64,000 bases of DNA from Thermodesulfovibrionia bacterium (GCA_919902995.1 CAKKSD010000050.1:14499-78498), one strand, 5' to 3'. Shown: positions 19,460-31,210, numbered from the stretch's first letter. Numbers and translations are program-made. Notes: generated by a model from the sequence alone, not told the origin.

Positions 19460-19507
19460 AGAACCTCCTTTCTCTGCCTTCTGCAGTAAGTTAAAATATT
19501 ATCTCTA

Positions 19508-20485
19508 TCATCCTTCTGTACCCTCTTCAAAGGTACCGATTCTTCTAAATTTCTCATATCTTCTGTTTATAAGCTCATCAATTGGCATTTGGAAAAGACC
19601 CCTCAAGTTTCTTTTTATTGCCTCTCCCAGGGTCTCGGCTGTTTCGTTAGGATTTCTGTGGGCTCCCCCTAATGGTTCCTTAATTATCTCATCCACTATC
19701 CCCAAATTAAAAAGTTCCTGGGCAGTTAGTTTCAGCGCCTCTGCTGCTCTATCGATCTCATCCTGATCTACAGACTGTCCATCCTTCTTCCATAGGATAG
19801 CGGCACACCCCTCAGGGGAAATAACAGAATATACAGAGTGCTCAAGCATAAGAATTCTATCACCAACACCCAATGCCAGTGCCCCACCACTTCCACCTTC
19901 ACCTATCACTACTACAATAATGGGCATTCTGATGGTTACCATCTCCTTAAGATTCCTGGCTATTGCCTCTCCCTGCCCCCTCTCTTCAGCCCCTATTCCG
20001 GGATATGCCCCGGGTGTATCAACAAAGGTGATAACGGGTTTCTGAAATTTCTCTGCCAGTTTCATAACTCTTAGTGCCTTACGGTTACCCTCCGGATGGG
20101 GCTGTCCGAAGTTTCTGTATATCCTTTCTCTCGTTCCTCTCCCCTTCTGATGACCTATCACTATCACAGGAATTCTATCGAGCCGTGCAAGGCCAGCCAT
20201 AATAGAGGGGTCATCTCCGAAGAAACGGTCTCCATGAATCTCTATAAAATCCTCCATAAGAAAGTCTACGTAATCAGTTGTGTAAGGTCTCGATGGATGA
20301 CGGGCTGTTAGGGTCTTCTGCCATGGAGTAAGGTGAGAATATATCTCCACCATTAAACCCTCTGCCTTTTGCTCGAGCCTCTGAATCTCTTCGATGCTCT
20401 TGCCATCAGAGAGACGTCTGAGTTCTTCAATCCTTTTATTTATCTCGGCAACAGGTTTTTCAAAATCTAAATAGTCAATAGTCAT
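19508..20485 (-). CDS. accA: Acetyl-CoA carboxylase carboxyltransferase alpha
   Basis: [48 protein letters not shown]. Confidence 0.96.
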   Translation of the reverse strand: MTIDYLDFEKPVAEINKRIEELRRLSDGKSIEEIQRLEQKAEGLMVEIYSHLTPWQKTLTARHPSRPYTTDYVDFLMEDFIEIHGDRFFGDDPSIMAGLARLDRIPVIVIGHQKGRGTRERIYRNFGQPHPEGNRKALRVMKLAEKFQKPVITFVDTPGAYPGIGAEERGQGEAIARNLKEMVTIRMPIIVVVIGEGGSGGALALGVGDRILMLEHSVYSVISPEGCAAILWKKDGQSVDQDEIDRAAEALKLTAQELFNLGIVDEIIKEPLGGAHRNPNETAETLGEAIKRNLRGLFQMPIDELINRRYEKFRRIGTFEEGTEG

Positions 20486-20551
20486 TTCTTAAAAATCCAA
20501 ACAGCAAAATTCAAATGTCAAATTTGAACTTTGAGCTTTGATATTTGAGTT

Positions 20552-23500
20552 TTAGTCCTTAACAATAAGAACCTTCCCGTCCAGGGTTTTTTCTATCTCA
20601 GAGATGAAAGACTCAGAGGGATCGACCTTAAGGTTTCCCACTGCGATTAATGACTCCTTCTGGTTTACCCGAAACCTGATGAAAACAGGACAACTGCCAG
20701 GATAATTAAGAAAAATCTTCTTCATATGGGTTAGATCATCCTCTTTAATGTTGTCAGAATTGAGTCTCACCTCTACCCTCCTACTATTCCCCCCTGCGGA
20801 AATGCTTGAAAGAGTCCTGATGTTCTTAGCCTTTATTTTGATCCCATTTTCTGCCTTATCTATCTCACCTGTTATGATGAGGGGTAAATCCTTAGAAAGA
20901 TTCTCTGAATATTTTTTAAAAAGATCAGGAAAAACAAGTACCTCAACAGTACCATGAAGGTCTTCAACTGTTACAGTTGCCATTGCCTCACCTTTCTTTG
21001 TTGTTAATCTTTTCATCCTGTTCACAGTCCCACCAATGGTAACCTCCTGCCTGTCCTGGAGATCAGGGATTCTGGATGAGGGAATAGTATACCTGCTGAG
21101 TTCCCCTTCATAACTTGCAAGGGGATGACCCGTAATATATAGACCCAGTGTTTCCTTCTCAAAGGAAAGTATCTGGTGCTCACTCCACTCGGGTATTTCA
21201 GGGAGATCATAGTAGTGGTGAACTTCTGAATCTCTTACCGCATTGAAGATACTCACCTGTCCCTGTATATTCTCTCTCTTGAACCCTTCTGCCCATTCTA
21301 TTGCGGTTTCGAGAACATGCATAAGTTGAGACCTCTTCGCTCCTGAAGAATCGAATGCCCCTGCCTTAATAAGGACCTCCAGTACCTTTCTGTTAACCTT
21401 TCTGAGGTCTACCCTTTTACAGAAATCAAAAAGGGACGAGAATTCTCCTTCCTTTTCCCTGCTGATTAATATAGAGTCGAGTGCTGCTGTACCTACATTC
21501 TTTATTGCCGACAGTCCGAAACGGATACTATCTCTCTCTACAGTAAACTCTTTATAGCTTTTGTTAATATGAGGAGGAAGAACGCTAATGCCAATCTCCT
21601 TACATTCACTTATATATCTCGCTATCTTATCGGTATCGTCCATCTCACAGGTAAGGAGCGATGCCATGAATTCGAGGGGGTAATGGGCCTTGAGATAGGC
21701 AGTCCTGTAAGCGATCATAGCATAGGCAGCAGAATGAGATTTATTAAATCCGTATCCTGCAAAATAGGCCATAAGATCGAAAATCTTCTCTGCCTTCTTC
21801 TCACTTATACCCTTTGATTTAGCACCCTGAATGAAAAGCTTTTTCTGCTTTTCCATTTCGTCTGGCTTCTTCTTCCCCATTGCCTGCCTGAGGATGTCCG
21901 CCTCACCGAGGCTGAAACCTGCAAGGATGTTTGCTATTTCTATTACCTGTTCCTGATAAAGGATTACTCCGTGTGTTTCCCTGAGGATGTTCTCTAATTG
22001 AGGGACTTCATATTTTGTTGGAATAAGCCCTTTCCTTCTTTTGATATAGTCATCCACCATTCTGCTACCGAGAGGACCTGGTCTGTACAGGGCAACGAGC
22101 GCAATAAGGTCTTCAAAACTTTTCGGTCCCATTTTAATAATAAGCTCCCTCATGCCGGGGCTTTCGAGCTGGAATATTCCGAATGTATTCCCTGATGATA
22201 ACAGATCGTATGTCTTCTGGTCTTTGAGCGATATTACCTTTATAGAGAAATCACTCTGCCCATCTTTTCCTTTTCTTATCAGTCTTTCCGCCATGTCTAT
22301 GACAGTGAGGGTTTTAAGACCAAGGAAATCAAACTTAACAAGCCCTATCTTTTCTATGGCCTTCATACCATACTGGGATGTTATCTCATCATTTTGACCC
22401 TTATATAACGGGAGGTGTTCTGTGAGTGGATTCCGCGATATCACCACACCTGCGGCATGTGTCGAGGCATGGCGGGGAAGACCTTCAAGAGACCTTGCAA
22501 TACTAAAGAGTTCCTGTATCTTGGTGTTTGTCTCAACAATCTCCTTCAGCCTCGGCTCAGACTGTAGTGCCTTTTCAAGTGTGATGTGAGGAATATTGGG
22601 TACGAGTTTAGCAACCTTATCAACCTCGGCATAAGGGATATCTAATACCCTTCCCACATCCCTTATAACACCCCTGGCAGCCATTGTACCGAAGGTTATA
22701 ATTTGAGTAACATGGTCAGAACCGTATTTCTCTGTAACATAATCTATCACCCTTTCTCGGTGGTCCATACAGAAATCTACATCTATATCGGGCATGCTTA
22801 TCCTTGCAGGGTTAAGGAACCTTTCAAAAAGTAGCCCGTAAGGTATCGGGTCTATCTCTGTAATCCCAAGGGTAAGGGCAACAAGGCTTCCTGCGGCAGA
22901 GCCCCTGCCAGGTCCAACCGGTATCAGATTTTTCTTCGCATACTGAATGAAGTCCCAGACTATCAGAAAATATCCAGCAAAACCCATAGATCTTATTATC
23001 TTCAGTTCATTCTCCATTCTTCTTTTGTATATCTCCGGGTCGCCTGGTCTAATATCATCGAGATATTTATCAAGCCCCTTCCTCGCAAGTTCCTCCAGAT
23101 AGCCTTCCTTTGTATAACCATCAGGTACCTCAAAATAGGGCAGATTAATCTCGTCAAGTTTGAGTTCGAGGTTACATCTTTCAGCGATCTCCCTGGTATT
23201 GAGTATAGCCTCTGGAATTTCACTGAAGGATAATTTCATCTCTTCGGGAGATTTGAAGTAAAATTCATCAGTCGAAAACCTCATCCTGTCCTTATCATTT
23301 ACGGTCTTTCCTGTCTGTATACAGAGGAGGATATCATGGGCCTTTGCATCCTCTCTTCTGAGATAATGGCTATCAGCTGTTGCTACAACAGGGATATGGA
23401 GTTCCTGCCCGAGCTCTATCAGTTTACTATTCAAATTCTTCTGTTCAGGTATTCCGTTATCCTGAATCTCTAAATAGAAATTCCCTGCACCGAGAATTCT

Positions 23501-23998
23501 CTTATAGCGTAAGGCTGATTCCCTTGCTCCATCTATATTCCCCTGCGAGAGGAGAAAAGGTACCTCGCCCTTAAGACATGCCGATAATCCGATAAGTCCC
23601 CCGCAATACTGCTCGAGGATTTCATTGTCTATTCTCGGTCTGTAATAGAAGCCTTCTAAATAGGCAGCGCTCACAAGCTTCATAAGATTCTTATATCCAT
23701 TTATATCCCTGGCAAGAAGAACAAGGTGATAAGATGCCTCTGTTATCCCATGGGTTTTTTTCTCAAACCGACTATAAGGGGATATATAGACCTCACAACC
23801 TATGATAGGCTTTATACCTGATTTTATTGTTTCCCTGTAGAACTCTATCGCCCCGAAGAGGTTACCATGATCAGTAATAGCGATGGCCGCCATCTTGTAC
23901 TCATGAGCTTTCTCAAGCAGAGGTTTTATCCTTATCGCACCGTCAAGAAGGCTATATTTGGTATGAAGATGCAGAGGAACAAAATCGGAATGATGCAT
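20552..23998 (-). CDS. dnaE: DNA polymerase III alpha subunit
   Basis: PHP domain (HLHTKYSLLDG, TDHGN), GRGSAAGS, PDIDVDF, KFDFLGL, GFNKSH. Length leaves no room for an intein. Confidence 0.97.
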   Translation of the reverse strand: MHHSDFVPLHLHTKYSLLDGAIRIKPLLEKAHEYKMAAIAITDHGNLFGAIEFYRETIKSGIKPIIGCEVYISPYSRFEKKTHGITEASYHLVLLARDINGYKNLMKLVSAAYLEGFYYRPRIDNEILEQYCGGLIGLSACLKGEVPFLLSQGNIDGARESALRYKRILGAGNFYLEIQDNGIPEQKNLNSKLIELGQELHIPVVATADSHYLRREDAKAHDILLCIQTGKTVNDKDRMRFSTDEFYFKSPEEMKLSFSEIPEAILNTREIAERCNLELKLDEINLPYFEVPDGYTKEGYLEELARKGLDKYLDDIRPGDPEIYKRRMENELKIIRSMGFAGYFLIVWDFIQYAKKNLIPVGPGRGSAAGSLVALTLGITEIDPIPYGLLFERFLNPARISMPDIDVDFCMDHRERVIDYVTEKYGSDHVTQIITFGTMAARGVIRDVGRVLDIPYAEVDKVAKLVPNIPHITLEKALQSEPRLKEIVETNTKIQELFSIARSLEGLPRHASTHAAGVVISRNPLTEHLPLYKGQNDEITSQYGMKAIEKIGLVKFDFLGLKTLTVIDMAERLIRKGKDGQSDFSIKVISLKDQKTYDLLSSGNTFGIFQLESPGMRELIIKMGPKSFEDLIALVALYRPGPLGSRMVDDYIKRRKGLIPTKYEVPQLENILRETHGVILYQEQVIEIANILAGFSLGEADILRQAMGKKKPDEMEKQKKLFIQGAKSKGISEKKAEKIFDLMAYFAGYGFNKSHSAAYAMIAYRTAYLKAHYPLEFMASLLTCEMDDTDKIARYISECKEIGISVLPPHINKSYKEFTVERDSIRFGLSAIKNVGTAALDSILISREKEGEFSSLFDFCKRVDLRKVNRKVLEVLIKAGAFDSSGAKRSQLMHVLETAIEWAEGFKRENIQGQVSIFNAVRDSEVHHYYDLPEIPEWSEHQILSFEKETLGLYITGHPLASYEGELSRYTIPSSRIPDLQDRQEVTIGGTVNRMKRLTTKKGEAMATVTVEDLHGTVEVLVFPDLFKKYSENLSKDLPLIITGEIDKAENGIKIKAKNIRTLSSISAGGNSRRVEVRLNSDNIKEDDLTHMKKIFLNYPGSCPVFIRFRVNQKESLIAVGNLKVDPSESFISEIEKTLDGKVLIVKD

Positions 23999-24033
23999 AT
24001 AAATTATTATACCTTTTTATGCTTTAAAGTCAA
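23999..24033 (-). promoter_or_regulatory. dnaE promoter, probably leaderless
   Basis: TTGACT, 16 nt, TATAAT, 7 nt, ATG. No SD sequence. Confidence 0.6.
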
Positions 24034-24308
24034 TAAATTGTATAAGCAACATCTTTCATAGAGTCTTCTTAGATTCCTTCTGCGTCTTCGGCCCTTTTGT
24101 TCTTCTGAATTATAGTACTTATGCTCTATTTTCTCTCTTGCAAATCCTGCTTAAAGCTATTAAGATTTAATCTGTTTATGACTCGTCTATGCCCCATGGG
24201 TAGAGTGGACGTGTCCATGACGGGGACATGAGAAAGAATGTTATTATCCATTAGCGTCTTTTACAGTTATAGAAAAAGCGGGTACTTTGATATAGAATAG
24301 GATAAACA

Positions 24309-24617
24309 ATGGACGTGGTAAAATCAATTAACGGTGTACCGGTGAGGCTGACCGATGAAAGGTGGATTCATATTATCGAAAACCATGATGATTTAGCCGG
24401 TTATTATGACGAAGTTCTCGGTACCATTGAATCTCCAGATTATGTTATTAAGGGCTATGAACACGCACTGATAGCATTGAAAAAATCAGAGGGAAACAGG
24501 TTTCTCGCCGTAGTTTATAAGGAGATTGGTAAAAAAGACGGTTTTATTATAACCGCATATTTCACAAGTAAAATAAAACTTGAAAGAGAGGTGATTGTAT
24601 GGCAACGACAGGCATAG
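24309..24617 (+). CDS. Putative RelE/BrnT-like toxin
   Basis: VRLTDERWIHI...PDYVIKG...FLAVVYKE...GFIITAYF. Overlaps the DUF2283-like gene. Confidence 0.65.
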   Translation: MDVVKSINGVPVRLTDERWIHIIENHDDLAGYYDEVLGTIESPDYVIKGYEHALIALKKSEGNRFLAVVYKEIGKKDGFIITAYFTSKIKLEREVIVWQRQA

Positions 24618-24838
24618 ACAAGACACTAAAGGAAGTTCAAGCGCTCGTTTCTCATTTAATAAAATTGCCGGCGACCAAGATGTGGATAGATTATGATAAA
24701 GAGGCTGATGTGCTTTATATCAGCTTTAAAAGGCCCCAGAGAGCAACTGATTCAGAGATGCTTAAAAACGGTGTATTGCTCCGATATAAAGAAAAAGAGT
24801 TAGTCGGTATAACAGTATTGGAGGCATCAAAAAGATAA
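24599..24838 (+). CDS. DUF2283-family putative antitoxin
   Basis: YDKEADVLYISF...LVGITVLEAS signature. Confidence 0.8.
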   Translation: MATTGIDKTLKEVQALVSHLIKLPATKMWIDYDKEADVLYISFKRPQRATDSEMLKNGVLLRYKEKELVGITVLEASKR

Positions 24839-25036
24839 ATCATGCCAAAAGAGAATAACAACCTTCCTCCTGGTCTTGCTGGCGGGGGAAAAGGACAGAG
24901 GCTGAAGGGATTCCCAGATCGAAGTTATCGACAAATAGTTTTGGGGACACATCCCATATTAGGGGCTTGGACGAGCATTGCTGGATCTCAAATTCCCTGC
25001 AAGGCAGGAAATATCAGGGACGGAATGGCAGTATAG

Positions 25037-25969
25037 TTACAATAATCCTTTTAACAACTTAACCCCTTCTCTCACTGCCTCTATTGATTTCAGGAAGGAA
25101 TTTTTTTCTTCTTCGGTAAGATCCAGCTCAACAACTTTTTCCACCCCTGCAGTTCCGAGAACTACAGGAACTCCCGCATAGATACCATCTATCCCGTATT
25201 CGCCATTGAGATAGGTAGAGCAGGGGAGGGTCTTCTTTCTGTTATTAACTATAGCATCAACCATTTCTACTGTTGCAGCAGCAGGTGCATAATAGGCGCT
25301 CCCTGTCTTCAGAAACCCTACTATCTCTGCCCCTGCCTTGCGTGTCCTTTCTACAAGTCTTTCTATCCTCTCTTTTGGAATCAACTCTGTTATAGGAGTT
25401 CCTGCTATAGTTGTATATCTTGGAAGGGGAACCATCAGATCTCCGTGATTCCCAATGACCATAGTATTTATCTTCTCAATGGATACATTGAATTCCTCTG
25501 CTATAAATGAGATAAACCGTGCAGAGTCGAGTACGCCTCCCATGCCTAAAACCCTTTTTTTGGGAAAACCACTGATCTCAGAGGCAACATATGTCATAAG
25601 GTCGAGGGGGTTAGTAACCACTATGATTAATGTCTGGGGAGATTTACTCGCAACCTCCCGAGTTACCAACTTCACTATCTCTGCGTTTGCCCTAAGGAGT
25701 TCATCCCTGCTCATACCGGGTTTCCTCGGAAGACCGGCTGTTATTATGGCTATATCAGAATCCGCAGTTTCTTTATAGTCATTAGTGCCGATAACACTAC
25801 AATCATATCCATAGAGGGGTGTAGATTGCTGAAGGTCCAGTGCCTTTCCCTGTGGAATCCCTTCGACTACATCTACGAGGATAACATCTCCGAGACCCTT
25901 CTCTAAAATCCTCTGGGCTACGGAGGCACCCACATTCCCCGCACCGACTATGGTGATCTTCTTATTCAC
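25037..25969 (-). CDS. mdh: Malate dehydrogenase (LDH-like)
   Basis: [41 protein letters not shown]. Confidence 0.93.
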   Translation of the reverse strand: MNKKITIVGAGNVGASVAQRILEKGLGDVILVDVVEGIPQGKALDLQQSTPLYGYDCSVIGTNDYKETADSDIAIITAGLPRKPGMSRDELLRANAEIVKLVTREVASKSPQTLIIVVTNPLDLMTYVASEISGFPKKRVLGMGGVLDSARFISFIAEEFNVSIEKINTMVIGNHGDLMVPLPRYTTIAGTPITELIPKERIERLVERTRKAGAEIVGFLKTGSAYYAPAAATVEMVDAIVNNRKKTLPCSTYLNGEYGIDGIYAGVPVVLGTAGVEKVVELDLTEEEKNSFLKSIEAVREGVKLLKGLL

Positions 25970-27234
25970 AGTTTCGTTATCCTTACCCTCTCGATCTTTC
26001 TTCCTTCCATTTCGAGGACGAGGAATCTCAGGTCATGGTAGCGGAGTTGTTCTCCGACCTTAGGAAGTCTTCCAAAGAGACCGAAAAGGAATCCACCGAT
26101 TGTATTGAAGTCTTCACTCTTGAGATCGATACCTGCAAGCTCGTTCACCTCATCAAGTCCTGTAGAGCCGGAAACTATAAAGGTTCTCTCATCGATTATC
26201 TCGACCTCTTTTTCGGCCTCCATCTCCTCGAACTCATCCTGAAGACCTCCGACTATCTCCTCAATAAGGTCTTCGAGGGTAATAAGCCCTGCTGTTCCTC
26301 CGTATTCGTCCACTACTATTGCTATCTGGAACTTACTCTTCTGCATCTCATCAAGGAGTTCAGTAACCATCTTATTCTCAGGAATATAGTAGGCCTCTCT
26401 TATTAGGTTCGTTATGGGGTCATCTGTCTCGAGCTTTTCCTCTGCCATCTTAATCAATATGTCTTTCACATAGAGTATTCCGGTTATATTATCGACAGTA
26501 TCCCTGATTACGGGATAACGGGAATACCCCTCCTTAGATACGAGTTCAAGGGCATCTGCGACTGTCGAACCCTCGGGTATTGATACTATCTCTGTTCTCG
26601 GTACCATCGCCTCAGATACCATTGTATCCCCGAACTCGAAGACCTTATGTAGCATCTCTTTTTCCTCTTCTTCGAGTGCCCCTTCCTCCTTTCCGATACT
26701 TATCATTGCCTTTATCTCTTCTTCTGTCACAAAAGGTATTCCTGGCTTTTTGCTTAACCCAAAAAGTTTCATAATGAGGTTCATAAACTTAGCGAACCCC
26801 CAGACTACAGGTCTCATCAGGAGCATGAGGAATTCTGTAAGGGTAGACAGACTGAGGGCGACCTTCTCGGAATATGATACGGCAATGGTCTTAGGTGTGA
26901 ACTCCCCGAATATAACTGTAAGGATTGTCATAACGATAGTTGCGATGGCTACCCCGTCTTTACCGAAGAGGTTGAGTGCAACGGCTGTAGCCGAGGAAGT
27001 GGCAAGGACTGTAAAGAAATTTCCGCCGAGGATTACTGTCCCGAAAAAACGGTCATGCTGATCTATAATCTTCTGGACTGTCTTTGCCTTTTTATCCCCT
27101 TTTTCTATGAGGTTCCTTATCCTGAACTTATTAACAGCAATCATAGATGCCTCTGATGCTGAGAGGAGGGCAATAAACAAGAGGCATATAAGGACGAGGA
27201 TAAGATTTACTATATCAAAATGGCTGAAGATCAT
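25966..27234 (-). CDS. CNNM/HlyC-CorC family protein (DUF21 + CBS + CorC)
   Basis: [42 protein letters not shown]. Confidence 0.9.
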   Translation of the reverse strand: MIFSHFDIVNLILVLICLLFIALLSASEASMIAVNKFRIRNLIEKGDKKAKTVQKIIDQHDRFFGTVILGGNFFTVLATSSATAVALNLFGKDGVAIATIVMTILTVIFGEFTPKTIAVSYSEKVALSLSTLTEFLMLLMRPVVWGFAKFMNLIMKLFGLSKKPGIPFVTEEEIKAMISIGKEEGALEEEEKEMLHKVFEFGDTMVSEAMVPRTEIVSIPEGSTVADALELVSKEGYSRYPVIRDTVDNITGILYVKDILIKMAEEKLETDDPITNLIREAYYIPENKMVTELLDEMQKSKFQIAIVVDEYGGTAGLITLEDLIEEIVGGLQDEFEEMEAEKEVEIIDERTFIVSGSTGLDEVNELAGIDLKSEDFNTIGGFLFGLFGRLPKVGEQLRYHDLRFLVLEMEGRKIERVRITKL

Positions 27235-27281
27235 TTTATTTATATTGTCTATTGGAAACCGTAGATTTTAAATTTTCAATT

Positions 27282-28361
27282 TTAAAGGTTCAATTTTTTT
27301 ATGATCGCCTCTGCAACCTGCGAGGTGCTTGCTGCCTCTGGGTCATCAGGGTTCGGTTTCATGTCGTATGTGACCCATCTCCCTTCTGAGAGGACAGAAG
27401 TTATAGCATTCTCGACCTTATCGGCAGCAGATTTTTCGCCGAGATGTCTGAGCATCATAACCCCTGAGAGAATCATTGCTATAGGGTTCACCTTATTCAT
27501 ACCTTTATATTTAGGGGCGCTTCCATGGGTGGGCTCGAATATAGCCATCTCCTTTCCGATATTTGCACCTGGTGAAACTCCAAGACCACCTATGAGACCT
27601 GCGGCGAGGTCGGATATAATATCCCCATAGAGGTTTGGCATGACCATGACATCGTAAAGTTCAGGTTTACTGACAAGCTGCATACACATATTGTCTACTA
27701 TCCTGTCCTCAAATTCAATTGAAGGATATCCCTTAGCTACTTCTCTCGCAACCTCAAGAAAAAGGCCATCAGTAGTCTTCATGATATTTGCCTTGTGAAC
27801 AGCGGTGACCTTCCGCCTGTTATATTTTCTGGCATAATCAAAGGCAAACCTTACTATCCTCTCGGAGCCGTAGAAAGATATAGGTTTAAGACTTATTGCG
27901 GCATCATCCCTGATGGTTATCCCGGTGCTTTTTTTTATGGTCTCCATGATAGCCCTTGCTCCTTCAGAGCCTCTTTCAAACTCAATTCCAGAGTAAAGAT
28001 CTTCTGTGTTCTCCCTCACTATAATAAGGTCCACACTTTCGAAACGTGACTTTACACCTGGATAGAGCTTGCAGGGTCTGAGACAGCAGTAAAGGTCAAG
28101 GGTCTTTCTCAATGTTACATTTACACTCCTGAAACCGGTTCCAACAGGGGTTGTTATGGGTCCCTTCAGTCCCACCTTATTTTTTCTCAGGGATTCGATT
28201 ATACCTTCTGGCAGAGGGTTCCCTGTCTTCTCGAAGACTTCTATGCCGGCAAACTGAATATCCCAGTCAAACCTTACTCCTGTAGCCTCAAGGACAAGTT
28301 TCGTTGCTTCGGTGATCTCTGGTCCTACGCCATCACCAGGGATGAGAGTAACTTTATGCAT
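27282..28361 (-). CDS. icd: Isocitrate/isopropylmalate dehydrogenase family, likely isocitrate dehydrogenase
   Basis: [53 protein letters not shown]. Confidence 0.85.
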   Translation of the reverse strand: MHKVTLIPGDGVGPEITEATKLVLEATGVRFDWDIQFAGIEVFEKTGNPLPEGIIESLRKNKVGLKGPITTPVGTGFRSVNVTLRKTLDLYCCLRPCKLYPGVKSRFESVDLIIVRENTEDLYSGIEFERGSEGARAIMETIKKSTGITIRDDAAISLKPISFYGSERIVRFAFDYARKYNRRKVTAVHKANIMKTTDGLFLEVAREVAKGYPSIEFEDRIVDNMCMQLVSKPELYDVMVMPNLYGDIISDLAAGLIGGLGVSPGANIGKEMAIFEPTHGSAPKYKGMNKVNPIAMILSGVMMLRHLGEKSAADKVENAITSVLSEGRWVTYDMKPNPDDPEAASTSQVAEAIIKKLNL

Positions 28362-28368
28362 TATCTTT

Positions 28369-29607
28369 CTATGGGGTTACAGTCATTATCTTTCTTGCAA
28401 CTTCGGGATGGGTTGCAATAAGCCTCAGTTCGTCATCGGTAAGAGGTTTCTGAGTATGGAGGTTTGCATACTGGACGAGCTCCAGCACCTTCCTTGCCTC
28501 TTTGTCATCATGAAAATGGATGCCGAGCTTGTCATAGACATGTCTGAAGCCTTTGATGCCGCCGTATTCTCCGGTTGTTATGATCCTTCCTGTTTCGAGG
28601 AGTTCCGGTTCACCTCTACCGACATCCTCAGGGTCATACAACTCATAATTCCTCCTGTCTTTTAAAGCCCCATCAGCATGTATACCAGACTCATGGGCAA
28701 AGGCATTGGCTCCAACACCGGGTTGATTTATCGGAATAGGTAGATTGAAGGCATATGATGCGTACCTCGCAAGCTTCCATGTCTTTTTCAAATCAACATG
28801 TTCATCAAGATGGACCTTTTCGGTCAAACCATGGGAGAATTTGAGTGCAAGGATGGTGGAAACGAGGTCACAGTTACCACAGCGCTCACCATAGCCGTTG
28901 ATTGTTGTATTTATATAGGCATCAACGCCACCTTCGATAGCACCCTGGGCACCTGCCACTGATACAGCCTCAGCCATACCGAGGTCATTATGACAGTGCA
29001 TCTCGATGGGAAACCTGGCTGCCATTGCAAGTGCCTTGATCCTTTCATATATGGTTATCGAGTCATCTGCACCGAGGGTATCACAGTATCTGAAGCGGTC
29101 AGCACCTGCTTCTTTTCCTGCATGGGCAAATTCTATCAGTTTGTCAAGCTCTGTCCTCGATGCGTCCTCTGCATTAATCCCTATAGTTTCCACACCCAGT
29201 TCTTTTGCAACCTTCACAGCATCGACAGCTGATTTGATGATGTCCCTGAATACCTTTCTTCCCTGAAACTTTCCCTGAATCATTATCTCAGATGTGGATA
29301 TAGAGATGTTCAGATGTTTTATCTCGGGACAGTTTTTGAATGTGAGCTTTACATCCTCAGGGATCGCCCTGCACCAGCCTTCAAGATGGAGCCTCTTAAT
29401 GACTCCGTTTTTCACAAGTTCGAGATTACCGTTAATATAGTTTATCTCATGTTTTATTGTAGGGAAACCGATCTCGCTCTGATAAATACCCATATCATCG
29501 AGATAGATATTCAGCATGGTCTTCGATAGTTTCGGCAGAAGTATTCTCGATGTCTGCACCCCATCCCTGTTCGTAACGTCTATAATGTAAATCTTTTTCT
29601 TTTCCAT
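28369..29607 (-). CDS. DRE-TIM metallolyase (homocitrate-synthase-like; candidate Re-citrate synthase)
   Basis: [36 protein letters not shown]. No LeuA regulatory domain. ATG at 29607 preferred. Confidence 0.75.
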   Translation of the reverse strand: MEKKKIYIIDVTNRDGVQTSRILLPKLSKTMLNIYLDDMGIYQSEIGFPTIKHEINYINGNLELVKNGVIKRLHLEGWCRAIPEDVKLTFKNCPEIKHLNISISTSEIMIQGKFQGRKVFRDIIKSAVDAVKVAKELGVETIGINAEDASRTELDKLIEFAHAGKEAGADRFRYCDTLGADDSITIYERIKALAMAARFPIEMHCHNDLGMAEAVSVAGAQGAIEGGVDAYINTTINGYGERCGNCDLVSTILALKFSHGLTEKVHLDEHVDLKKTWKLARYASYAFNLPIPINQPGVGANAFAHESGIHADGALKDRRNYELYDPEDVGRGEPELLETGRIITTGEYGGIKGFRHVYDKLGIHFHDDKEARKVLELVQYANLHTQKPLTDDELRLIATHPEVARKIMTVTP

Positions 29608-29714
29608 ATTTTCTTTAATCTCCAGAATTGGCTTGGTTTCAATTTTTAAAATAACATAACTACAGAGGTTTTTCAATACATCTTCAGGGACTATAGGAAA
29701 AGATCCAACCTGTC

Positions 29715-31172
29715 TTAAACAGGGATTGTCTTTTTTTCTATGAGTCTGAGAGCTACTTCAGCAATAGAGGGATCGAACTGGGTCTTTGAAAATTTCCTGA
29801 GTTCTTTGATTACCCTTGTTATAGAGAGGACATCCCTGTAGTATCTCTTTGAGGTCATAGCCTCGATGGTATCTGCAACACAGAGAATCCTTGCCCCAAG
29901 AAATATCTCTTCTCCCTTCAGACCATCAGGATAACCTTTTCCATCATAACGTTCGTGGTGGTGACGGATAGATTTTGTGATTTCTTCCGAGAAACCTATT
30001 GGTTGAAGTATCCTTTCCCCGTGGAGCGGATGCTCTTTCATTATATTATACTCTTTGTTGGTGAGCTTACCGGGTTTATAGAGTACCTGCTCTTTAATCC
30101 CTATCTTTCCTACATCATGGAGGATACCGGCTATATGCATCTCTTCTATCTTTTCTTTTGACAGTCCCATCTCCCCAGCTATTGCGATGGCATATTTTGC
30201 AACCTGTGCCGAATGGCCTTTTGTATAAGGATCTTTTGCCTCTATTGCGGCAGCGAGGGCCGAAATGGTCTTAAAGTAATTTTCTCTGATCTCTTCATAG
30301 AGTTTGTTGTTTTCCAGAGAGACAGTCAGCTGTCCTGCAATAATCGAGAATAGATCGAGATCGCCCTTTGTAAAGGGAGAGAGCTGGTCAATCTTGCTGA
30401 TGTTTATGACGCCGAGGTTTTTCCCCTTTATTATAAGAGGCACACACATGCCTGCATTTATTTCGTGAAGTCCTATTGCGTCTTTTAATGCAGGATTGCT
30501 ATAGCCTTCATTATTAACGACAATTCCTTCACCTGTTCGTAAAACCCAGCCCGAAATACCTTCCCCTATCCCTGTCCTTGACCCTTTTACCCTTTCAGAA
30601 AACATTCCGCTCGATGCCCTTACAACAAGCTCCTGTGTACCCTCGTCTAAAAGCATTATTGAGATCCTGTCTGCCTTAATCTCTGAAAGTGCAACCTTCA
30701 TTATTGCATCGAATATATCATCCTGCCGCATGTCCTTAATCAATACCCTATTGACCTCAAGGAGTGGTATCAGTGCTTTCAACCGCATATTCTCCTTTAT
30801 AAGGCGTCCCTTCTCAAGGGCATTTTCAACCATATTTATCAATTCATTGCGTTTGAATGGCTTAAGGACAAAACCTTCTATTCCCATTTTTAAAGACTCT
30901 ATGGCTGATTCTATGGTTCCCTGACCGGTAATTACCACAGTCGTTATATCATCCCTAATCTTCTTTACAGCCTGATAGACCTCCAGGCCACTCATTCCGG
31001 GCATATTCAGATCAGTGAGAAGCAGATCAAAGGAATTCCTTTTTGCCTCTTCTACCGCTTTGGTACCCTCATTAACAGTAGTAACATCATAGCCTTCTTC
31101 GATAAGTATCTGGGCACAGAGGTTACCAACTACTTCTTCGTCATCAACAACTAAAACCGTTCTCTTATTCAA
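29715..31172 (-). CDS. REC-GAF-HD-GYP response regulator (c-di-GMP phosphodiesterase)
   Basis: VVDDE...DLNMPG...KP receiver domain, GAF domain, KDPYTKGHS, HDVGK, HHERYDGKGYP. Confidence 0.9.
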   Translation of the reverse strand: MNKRTVLVVDDEEVVGNLCAQILIEEGYDVTTVNEGTKAVEEAKRNSFDLLLTDLNMPGMSGLEVYQAVKKIRDDITTVVITGQGTIESAIESLKMGIEGFVLKPFKRNELINMVENALEKGRLIKENMRLKALIPLLEVNRVLIKDMRQDDIFDAIMKVALSEIKADRISIMLLDEGTQELVVRASSGMFSERVKGSRTGIGEGISGWVLRTGEGIVVNNEGYSNPALKDAIGLHEINAGMCVPLIIKGKNLGVINISKIDQLSPFTKGDLDLFSIIAGQLTVSLENNKLYEEIRENYFKTISALAAAIEAKDPYTKGHSAQVAKYAIAIAGEMGLSKEKIEEMHIAGILHDVGKIGIKEQVLYKPGKLTNKEYNIMKEHPLHGERILQPIGFSEEITKSIRHHHERYDGKGYPDGLKGEEIFLGARILCVADTIEAMTSKRYYRDVLSITRVIKELRKFSKTQFDPSIAEVALRLIEKKTIPV

Positions 31173-31210
31173 TGCCTATCACTCATTAAATTTCAATATC
31201 ATTTTATTTC

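Noticed and set aside
20552..23998. Intein in dnaE
   Set aside because: 1148 aa is a normal length and no splice motifs are visible.
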